A stretch of DNA of 32,000 bases from Clostridia bacterium. Lineage in GTDB: Bacteria > Bacillota > Clostridia > UMGS1883. Shown here one piece after another: positions 26,068 to 32,000 of the stretch. The stretch covers positions 20,765 to 52,764 of the forward strand of contig JAFVPB010000009.1 of the NCBI GenBank assembly GCA_017505525.1. The letters are read 5' to 3'. The notes below the pieces were generated by a model that did not search any database, was not told the DNA's origin, and saw only the letters and a list, made by a program, of their open reading frames with translations. Every line of letters begins with the position of its first letter. Position 1 is the first letter of the stretch. The position numbers and the translations under genes were made by a program.

Positions 26068-27666
26068 TTATCTTTTTCTAGTGTAATCAGGAAGAAGCTT
26101 TGGAGAAACCGTTTCTGTTTCAATACCTGCATCAGCTATTTCCTTTTCAAACTTTTCAATATGTGAAAGTAAAAGCTTACCCACTTTAACATTTTTAGCC
26201 TTGGCAGCGGCATTCTGCCCTGCACTTCTGCCAAATACGATAATATCAAGAAGGCTATTTCCCATAAGTCTGTTCTTGCCGTGAATTCCTCCAACTGCTT
26301 CGCCTGCAACAAAGAGGTTTTCAACGTTTGTTGTCATACAGTCTGGTGTAATATCGAGTCCGCCGTTCTGATAATGAAGCGTGGGATAAACGAGAATAGG
26401 CTCCTTACGGATATCTATGCCATATTTCTCAAACATTCTCCACATAGCGGGAATTCTCTTCATAATAGTTCCCTCACCGCCGATTTTTTCAATCATAGGC
26501 GTATCAAGCCATACTCCCTTTCCGCTTCCTGTATCCACACCGTTATCTCTTTCTGAGCATTCGCGGATTATAGAAGCTGCCGCAACGTCACGTGTTTCAA
26601 GCGGATGCATAAATACTTCGCCGTTTTCGTTTACAAGCTTTGCACCAAGTGAACGAACTTTTTCAGTAACAAGAGCACCGAAAATCTGCTCGGGATAAGC
26701 AACGCCTGTGGGATGATACTGAAGTGTTTCAGCATAAAGGAGCTTTGCACCTGCGCGGTATCCGAGAACAAGTCCATCGGCAGTTGCGCCATAGTGGTTT
26801 GATGTTGGGAATCCCTGATAGTGCATACGACCTGCGCCGCCAGTTGCAATAATAACTGTTTTAGCCTTTGCAACAAGAAGCTCTTTTGTTTCCATATTCA
26901 TAAGCACAGCACCTGCTGCGTTGCAATTTTCATCAAGAATAAGCTCTATTGCAGATGTAAAATCAACAACGGGAATGTTGCGGTTTAACACTTCGTCGCG
27001 AAGTGTTCTCATAATTTCGGCACCTGAATAGTCCTTTGCAGCGTGCATTCTCTTTCTTGAAGTACCGCCACCATGCGTTGTTACCATTGTGCCGTCGGCT
27101 TCCTTATCAAACTCAACGCCTAAATTGCTGAGCCATAAAATAGCCTCGGGGGCATCGCATACAAGCTTTGATAAAAGCTCTTTTTTAGCGGCAAAATGTC
27201 CGCCACCGAAAGCATCTACAAAATGGATTGCGGGCGAATCGTTTGGCTTATCTGCCGCCTGAATACCACCCTCTGCCATCATTGTGTTGGCATCGCCCAT
27301 TCTGAGCTTTGTAACAATCATAACTTTTGCGCCTGCCTCATCAGCTTCAATTGCTGCTGATGTGCCTGCACCACCACCGCCGATAATTAACACATCGGTT
27401 TCATAATCGGGATTTGTAAGGTCAACACTATCTTTTGTGATACGGCTGTGTGCCTGAAGAATTTCGGCAAGCTCTGTGGGCACCTTATCTCCCTTATTGG
27501 GGCCAATTTTTAAAACATCAAATTCTTCCTGCTTGTAGTCCGGATGAAAAGTTGCAAGCAAATCTTCTTTCTGCTTTGCTGTCATACGTTCCGGTTCTAA
27601 TGCAATGTTTTTTTCTCTTGCTGCTTCAACTGCTGCAATAGATTTCTGAAATTTTTCCGAATACAT
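26068..27666 (-). CDS. FAD-binding flavoprotein of the succinate dehydrogenase/fumarate reductase (FrdA/SdhA/TfrA) family with a ~90-aa N-terminal extension.
   Basis: Full ORF of 532 aa with an AGGAGG RBS. Motifs: DVLIIGGGGAGTSAAIEA (dinucleotide fold, begins at residue ~91), MMAEGGIQ, LQYHPTG...LVTEKVRS, and HGKNRLMGNSLLDIIVFGRSAG. Confidence 0.75.
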   Translation of the reverse strand: MYSEKFQKSIAAVEAAREKNIALEPERMTAKQKEDLLATFHPDYKQEEFDVLKIGPNKGDKVPTELAEILQAHSRITKDSVDLTNPDYETDVLIIGGGGAGTSAAIEADEAGAKVMIVTKLRMGDANTMMAEGGIQAADKPNDSPAIHFVDAFGGGHFAAKKELLSKLVCDAPEAILWLSNLGVEFDKEADGTMVTTHGGGTSRKRMHAAKDYSGAEIMRTLRDEVLNRNIPVVDFTSAIELILDENCNAAGAVLMNMETKELLVAKAKTVIIATGGAGRMHYQGFPTSNHYGATADGLVLGYRAGAKLLYAETLQYHPTGVAYPEQIFGALVTEKVRSLGAKLVNENGEVFMHPLETRDVAAASIIRECSERDNGVDTGSGKGVWLDTPMIEKIGGEGTIMKRIPAMWRMFEKYGIDIRKEPILVYPTLHYQNGGLDITPDCMTTNVENLFVAGEAVGGIHGKNRLMGNSLLDIIVFGRSAGQNAAAKAKNVKVGKLLLSHIEKFEKEIADAGIETETVSPKLLPDYTRKR

Positions 27667-27679
27667 ATCCTTTTCCTCC

Positions 27680-28354
27680 TTACTTTTCTATTTCTCTTGT
27701 ATTATAAAGCTCTTTCATTTCCTCGATAGGCTTTTGCATAAGAGCTTCTATAAGTTCCTTAAAGTCGCCGTCTTTGATTTCCTTAACACGGTCTTCAAGA
27801 TGACCACATCCCGGAGCTAAGTATTTGCCGTTGATTCTTCTTGCAAGCATTGCAACCTGAGGATGAGAAATTCCTGCAGGACATCTTGAAGAACATACTC
27901 CACACATTACGCAGTCGAATGATTCTTCAGCACATTTTTCAAAATCACCGCGCTGAGCATATGCAATATACTGCATAACGTTAAGCCCCTGAGTGCAAGC
28001 CTTTGTGCAAGCATTACAGCCGATACAAGCGTAAATTTCAGGATAAAGCTGCATCATAACAGATTCGTTTGTTGGAATCTTTTCAATGTCGTATCCTTCT
28101 TTAACAAGCGGGAAGAAAGGAAGAGTTGCAATATACATATTATCCTCAACCTTTGTCTGGCAAGCAAGGCAAGCCTTAAGCTCCTTATCCCCTTTTATGC
28201 GGTAAATAGTTGCACATGCACCACAAAAACCGTTACGGCAACCGCATCCGCGCACAAGCTGATATCCCGCATATTCCATAGCTGTCATAATCGTTAAATT
28301 TTCGGGCACTTCATACTTTTTTCCGAAAAGATAAATACTAACTAATTTTTCCAT
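27680..28354 (-). CDS. SdhB/FrdB-like iron-sulfur subunit (N-terminal 2Fe-2S ferredoxin-like domain plus two 4-Cys cluster motifs).
   Basis: Full ORF of 224 aa. The GCGCRNGFCGACATIY...CLAC stretch resembles the SdhB CxxxxCGxC...C 2Fe-2S motif. Two further motifs are CIGCNACTKACT and CVMCGVCSSRCP. AAGGAG RBS is present. The gene starts 12 nt after the upstream stop, and the flavoprotein gene starts 13 nt after its own stop. Confidence 0.7.
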   Translation of the reverse strand: MEKLVSIYLFGKKYEVPENLTIMTAMEYAGYQLVRGCGCRNGFCGACATIYRIKGDKELKACLACQTKVEDNMYIATLPFFPLVKEGYDIEKIPTNESVMMQLYPEIYACIGCNACTKACTQGLNVMQYIAYAQRGDFEKCAEESFDCVMCGVCSSRCPAGISHPQVAMLARRINGKYLAPGCGHLEDRVKEIKDGDFKELIEALMQKPIEEMKELYNTREIEK

Positions 28355-28366
28355 GTTAACTCTCCT

Positions 28367-29200
28367 TTAATACTCATCCGGAAGCTCATCAAGCTCGTCG
28401 CATCTGAATACCGGACCGTCTTTACACACGTATTTCGCGCCAACATTGCATCTTCCGCATTTACCAACACCGCACTTCATTCTGAGTTCAAGTGTTGTGT
28501 AAATCTGCGTTTTATCAAACCCAAGTTCGCAAAGTCCCTCAAGTGTGAACTTAATCATAATCGGTGGTCCGCAAAGAACTGCCGTTTTATTTGTATCGAA
28601 GCCAAGCTCTTTTACATAGCTTGGAACAAATCCAACGTGGCCGTCCCATCCATCCTGCGGATTATCAATCGTTAAATGAACGTTTACACCTGCATCAGTT
28701 GACCATTCCTCAATAATTTCATTGTAGTCAAGCAAATCATCTTTACTTCTTGAGCCATAAACAATATCTATATCGCCGTAGCGGTCGCGATAATGTCTGC
28801 AATAGTTGATAACCGAGCGAAGAGGTGCTAAGCCTACACCGCCTGCAATAAACAGAAGGTTCTTGCCCGCAAACACATCATCCACAGGGAAAGGATTACC
28901 ATAAGGTCCCCTGATTGTTATCTGCTGACCAACCTCTGCCTGATGAAGCCAGTCGGTTACGCATCCGCACTTTTTAATGGAAAACTCCATATACTCTTCA
29001 TTCGTAGGAGAAGAAGTTATAGAAAACATTGCTTCGCCAACTCCCGGAACGGAAAGCATAGCACACTGCCCCGGGCGGTGGTCAAATGCTTTTTTTCCAT
29101 CAGGAGTTACAACCCTGAAGGTTTTAATATCAGGTGTGTCGATACGCACATCAGTTATAACGCCTACTTTTGGAATCAAAGTTTCTTCTCTGTTACTCAC
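28367..29200 (-). CDS. FAD/NAD(P)-binding oxidoreductase with a C-terminal 2Fe-2S (FlxA / AsrB / sulfhydrogenase-gamma / PyrK-like).
   Basis: ORF of 277 aa. The start codon is GTG (29200-29198), overlapping the upstream TGA (GTGA). It is the only start available after the in-frame stop. Motifs: flavin-binding barrel HRPGQCAMLS...FSITSSP, NAD(P) fold LLFIAGGVGLAPLRS, and C-terminal KCGVGKCGRCNVGAKYVCKDGPVF. Confidence 0.75.
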   Translation of the reverse strand: MSNREETLIPKVGVITDVRIDTPDIKTFRVVTPDGKKAFDHRPGQCAMLSVPGVGEAMFSITSSPTNEEYMEFSIKKCGCVTDWLHQAEVGQQITIRGPYGNPFPVDDVFAGKNLLFIAGGVGLAPLRSVINYCRHYRDRYGDIDIVYGSRSKDDLLDYNEIIEEWSTDAGVNVHLTIDNPQDGWDGHVGFVPSYVKELGFDTNKTAVLCGPPIMIKFTLEGLCELGFDKTQIYTTLELRMKCGVGKCGRCNVGAKYVCKDGPVFRCDELDELPDEY

Positions 29201-30222
29201 GCATCAACATCTCCAATCTTTTTCATTACTTTAACAATATTCATAGAAATAGGACACTTACTAAGGCATCTTCCGCAACCCACACAGCTGAACATACCAT
29301 CATTGTTTTCGGGATAGTAAACAAGCTTGTGCATAAATCTCTGACGGAAACGTTCCTTTTGAGTAATTCGGTTATTTCCGTGAGCCATTTTTGTAAATTC
29401 AGAATACATACACGAATCCCAGCATCTGAATCTTATAACGCCCTTGCCTGTGTTGAAATCTTTAATATCATAACATTGGCAGGTGGGACATACAAAAGTA
29501 CAGGTACCACATCCAAGGCAGCTTCCCGATAACTCTTCCCAAACGGGATTGTTAAAGAATTCTTCTGTTTTTCCGCCGCCAAAAGCATCTGTTTTTAAGT
29601 CTTTAAGCGGAAGTTTAGCCATAATTGCAGAAATCTTTTCTTTCTGCTCTGTAACTACTGTTTCGTCACATTCCTCTGTGTATGCAGAAAGTTTTTCTAA
29701 AAGCGCCTCTCCCTTAGAGGTATTAGCCTTAAAGAAGATTTCATCTTCTGTTTTCCAGGTTGTAACATCGCCCTCAGGCTCTTCAGGGGAAATTCCAAAG
29801 GTTTTACAAAAGCATGTTTCCGAAGGCTTTGAGCAAGCTGTCGATACGATTACTCCCTTTTCACGCCTTGAAGCATAGTAGCTATCAACAGGTTCTGAAA
29901 GAAACACTCTGTCTAAAACTTCAAAGCTCTTTACGTCGCAGGCACGAACACCGAAGATAACAAAATCTTCTGTTTCGCATCGATTATCGATAACTTCGAT
30001 GTTTTTACCCTCTGTTTTAAATTCCATCAGATTTTCCATCTGCGGCAAGAAGAAATCCTTAGGGCTTCTTACAGTATTTAAAGAACTGCTCCATTCAATT
30101 CCATTTTCCCACTGCTTATAAACGGCACTGCCATCCTTATCGTCAGCTGGAATGTAAAGCTTCGCAGTTTTTGCGATTTCTTCAAAAACTGAATTTATTT
30201 TATCAAGAGAACATTTAAGCAT
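29197..30222 (-). CDS. 4Fe-4S polyferredoxin-like protein (FlxB / AsrA / sulfhydrogenase-beta-like).
   Basis: ORF 29197..30240. I prefer ATG 30222 (MLKCSLDK...) because AGGAGGG lies 6 nt upstream; this leaves an 8-nt overlap with the previous gene. Motifs: GVRACD, CFC, GSCLGCGTCTFVCPTCQCYDIKDF and SCVGCGRCLSKCP. Confidence 0.75.
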   Translation of the reverse strand: MLKCSLDKINSVFEEIAKTAKLYIPADDKDGSAVYKQWENGIEWSSSLNTVRSPKDFFLPQMENLMEFKTEGKNIEVIDNRCETEDFVIFGVRACDVKSFEVLDRVFLSEPVDSYYASRREKGVIVSTACSKPSETCFCKTFGISPEEPEGDVTTWKTEDEIFFKANTSKGEALLEKLSAYTEECDETVVTEQKEKISAIMAKLPLKDLKTDAFGGGKTEEFFNNPVWEELSGSCLGCGTCTFVCPTCQCYDIKDFNTGKGVIRFRCWDSCMYSEFTKMAHGNNRITQKERFRQRFMHKLVYYPENNDGMFSCVGCGRCLSKCPISMNIVKVMKKIGDVDA

Positions 30223-31213
30223 CAATATCCCTCCTGTCAAACACTTCGCCAGGCTCTAAATCCTCGGTAGTGTAGTCTACAAGAGGTGCTCTTGAGCCAA
30301 CCTCTGCCCCCGCCTGATATTCGCCGTAGAATTCGTTAATATCCTTTATGAACTTACGGTTAAGAAGATGAAGCGGAATATTCTGTGGGCAAACTCTTGA
30401 ACATTCTCCGCAGTCTGTACATCTTCCTGCAACGTGATATGCTCTTATAATATGGAACATTTTTTCTTCAAAGCTATTAGCAGGTGCTTTATTTTCAACG
30501 CCCGATTGAGGGTTGTCGAACACGCACTTTTCACAAGTACAAGCAGGACAAGCATCGCGGCAAGCATTACAACGGATGCAGCGTGAAAGTTCGTTCTGCC
30601 AGAAAGCAAATCTTTCATCGGGTGTCATTGCTTCGATTTTTGCCACTTCGTCAAATCTTTTCGACTCAATAACTTCGCCCTCGTCGCCCATAAGTTCGTC
30701 GTAAGCAACGTGCTTTTTACTCTTACAATTTATGCAGCGCTCTAAAAGAACATCCTTAAATGCAACCTTAACAGGAGCATCTTCGTAAATCGTTGTAACA
30801 AGAAGATTTTCGCCATCCTCTTTAATTTCGCTGATACCTTCGCCAGTTACGGCTTTTAATTTTATAACATCAACCATTCCCTCGCAAGGAATACCTACTG
30901 CATAAACCTTTTCGCGTTCAAAACGATGCTCGGTTAAAAGCTGATTAAAGCTATACGTATCACAGGGTTTTAAGAAAACAAGGATTTTTCCATCGAATCT
31001 GTCGGTTTTAGAAACAAGATATTTTGAAAAATTCACTCCGCAAAAATCGTTCCACACAAAGTTTTCTTTTAAATCTTCTTCTGTTTTGAACATTTTTGGA
31101 GTTACATCGTAGCCGAATTCACCCCTGCTCCAACCGAGAACAGCATTAACAGTGCCATCAGAAAGCAGAGAAGCTGCTTTTTCTATCAACTGATTTTGTG
31201 TTATCTTTTGCAT
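30215..31213 (-). CDS. Second 4Fe-4S dicluster protein (FlxC-like).
   Basis: Full ORF of 332 aa. GGAGG lies 7 nt upstream of ATG 31213. There is a 13-nt overlap with mvhD. Motifs: RCIRCNACRDACPACTCEKCVFD and GRCTDCGECSRVCPQNIP, plus the extra Cys pairs LKPCD, IPCEG and CINC. Confidence 0.7.
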   Translation of the reverse strand: MQKITQNQLIEKAASLLSDGTVNAVLGWSRGEFGYDVTPKMFKTEEDLKENFVWNDFCGVNFSKYLVSKTDRFDGKILVFLKPCDTYSFNQLLTEHRFEREKVYAVGIPCEGMVDVIKLKAVTGEGISEIKEDGENLLVTTIYEDAPVKVAFKDVLLERCINCKSKKHVAYDELMGDEGEVIESKRFDEVAKIEAMTPDERFAFWQNELSRCIRCNACRDACPACTCEKCVFDNPQSGVENKAPANSFEEKMFHIIRAYHVAGRCTDCGECSRVCPQNIPLHLLNRKFIKDINEFYGEYQAGAEVGSRAPLVDYTTEDLEPGEVFDRRDIDA

Positions 31214-31635
31214 CGCAGATCCTCCAATCTCTTATTTTCTCCGAGTGCTGTTACCTTTTCAACAAAATCATTCATTGTAGCGGCAAACTTTGCACCCTCT
31301 GCCGCAGAAACCCATTCCAAACGGGTACGTTCTCTTTCGATACCAAGGAAATCAAGCATTGAAAAGAGAGCTGCCATTCTTCTGCGTGTGTAGTAGTTTC
31401 CTGATGTGTAGTGGCAGTCGCCGGGATGGCAACCGCATATGATAACTCCGTCGGCCCCCCTTTGGAATGCACGAAGAACAAACATAGGATTAACACGGCA
31501 TGAGCAAGGAACTCTTATAATTTTCACATCCGCCGGATAATTAAGACGGTTGTTTCCTGCAAGGTCTGCACCGGCATAAGAACACCAGTTGCAGCAGAAT
31601 GCAACAATTAAAGGCTTATGTTCATTTACTTGCAT
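31201..31635 (-). CDS. mvhD: MvhD/FlxD-type hydrogenase iron-sulfur (delta) subunit-like protein.
   Basis: Full ORF of 144 aa. Sequence IVAFCCNWCSYAGADLAG...IIRVPCSCRVNP...RAFQRGADGVIICGCHPGDCHY matches the MvhD/FlpD pattern. GGAGGTGGA RBS is present. There is a 10-nt overlap with hdrA. Confidence 0.85.
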   Translation of the reverse strand: MQVNEHKPLIVAFCCNWCSYAGADLAGNNRLNYPADVKIIRVPCSCRVNPMFVLRAFQRGADGVIICGCHPGDCHYTSGNYYTRRRMAALFSMLDFLGIERERTRLEWVSAAEGAKFAATMNDFVEKVTALGENKRLEDLRCKR

Positions 31636-32000
31636 ATTGCGTCCACCTCCGCCATAATTTGATTACTTGCAAATCCATTTAAATCCATAGCACCTGACGG
31701 ACAAGCAACTGTACAAGCACCACAACCCTGACAAACTGCAGGATTTACTTTGGCAACTCTTCTTATTTTAGTTGTTCTGTCGGGCATACGGAATTCTTTA
31801 TCTTCATAAGTGATAGCACCATACGGACAAACCCTTTCACAGGAAGAGCATCCGTTACACATAAGCTCGTTTGAATGAGCAACACACGGGTTACCTGTTA
31901 ACTTATCTTTTGCAAGAAGACCAATAACCTTAGATGCCGCTGCACCTGCCTGAGAAACAGTTTCGGGAATATCCTTCGGGCCCTGGCAAGCACCCGAAAG
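31626..32000 (-). CDS. hdrA: C-terminal fragment of an HdrA-like (heterodisulfide reductase subunit A family) flavo-iron-sulfur protein; continues beyond the right edge.
   Basis: The track ORF 31626..31862 has no upstream stop. Manual translation stays open to 32000: LSGACQGPKDIPETVSQAGAAASKVIGLLAKDKLTGNPCVAHSNELMCNGCSSCERVCPYGAITYEDKEF...CQGCGACTVACPSGAM. GxCQGPKDIP followed by a 2x CxxCxxCxxxCP ferredoxin domain is the typical HdrA/QmoA-type C-terminus. Confidence 0.75.
   Translation of the reverse strand, partial: LSGACQGPKDIPETVSQAGAAASKVIGLLAKDKLTGNPCVAHSNELMCNGCSSCERVCPYGAITYEDKEFRMPDRTTKIRRVAKVNPAVCQGCGACTVACPSGAMDLNGFASNQIMAEVDAICK

Noticed and set aside
26068-28354. Interpreting the flavoprotein/Fe-S pair as APS reductase (AprAB) or L-aspartate oxidase.
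   Set aside because: The partner has an SdhB-type N-terminal 2Fe-2S domain, which AprB lacks, and NadB has no Fe-S partner. There are no sat, qmoC or dsr genes in the window. A phylogeny is still needed.
28367-30222. Interpreting the AsrB-like and AsrA-like pair as anaerobic sulfite reductase (asrAB) or sulfhydrogenase beta/gamma.
   Set aside because: No siroheme AsrC-like gene and no [NiFe] hydrogenase large or small subunit genes are adjacent. The pair is sandwiched by overlaps between MvhD plus a second polyferredoxin on one side and Frd-like genes on the other. That matches the Flx arrangement better.
30223-30240. Longer start (MTGGIL) for the FlxB/AsrA-like gene.
   Set aside because: The AGGAGGG RBS lies inside this extension, 6 nt before ATG 30222. 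The shorter start gives an 8-nt overlap, consistent with the other junctions.

Overview
AT-rich, Gram-positive-type chromosomal window. It looks Clostridia-like: AGGAGG-type RBSs, SLH and copper-amine-oxidase-like wall-association modules, and strictly anaerobic Fe-S/flavin redox genes. This taxonomic call is inference only. There are three blocks. (1) 1-17301, all minus strand: a ~17 kb cell-surface locus. It holds five very large Sec-secreted proteins: two paralogous right-handed beta-helix enzymes, two paralogous [CBM-like + Big_2-like]x2 proteins (one with a C-terminal triple SLH anchor), and an 871-aa unknown that overlaps the SLH gene. A cytoplasmic Gfo/Idh/MocA oxidoreductase sits among them, and a cytoplasmic GH-like gene is cut by the left edge. 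(2) 17699-23104, plus strand, divergent from block 1 across a 397-bp AT-rich spacer containing perfect palindromes. It encodes an LTA-synthase-family transferase and a GDPD-like lipoprotein, then a terminator. After that comes a stand-alone E2/CAT-fold acyltransferase-like protein (DER where DHR is expected) overlapping an acyl-AMP/CoA ligase. (3) 23184-32000, minus strand: pckA, an AspT/YidE/SucE-type (AAEx) transporter, a soluble FrdA/FrdB-like pair, FlxA/FlxB/FlxC-like proteins, MvhD and the C-terminus of HdrA. Nearly all of these genes overlap or lie under 30 nt apart. The best candidate for an undescribed system is block 3. An HdrA-MvhD-Flx electron-bifurcation-type module is joined in one coupled operon to a fumarate-reductase-like catalytic pair with no membrane anchor, next to a PEP carboxykinase and a possible succinate exporter. 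I saw no rRNA, tRNA, CRISPR array, transposase/integrase or phage genes. All family assignments come from motif recognition by eye and need HMM or BLAST confirmation.
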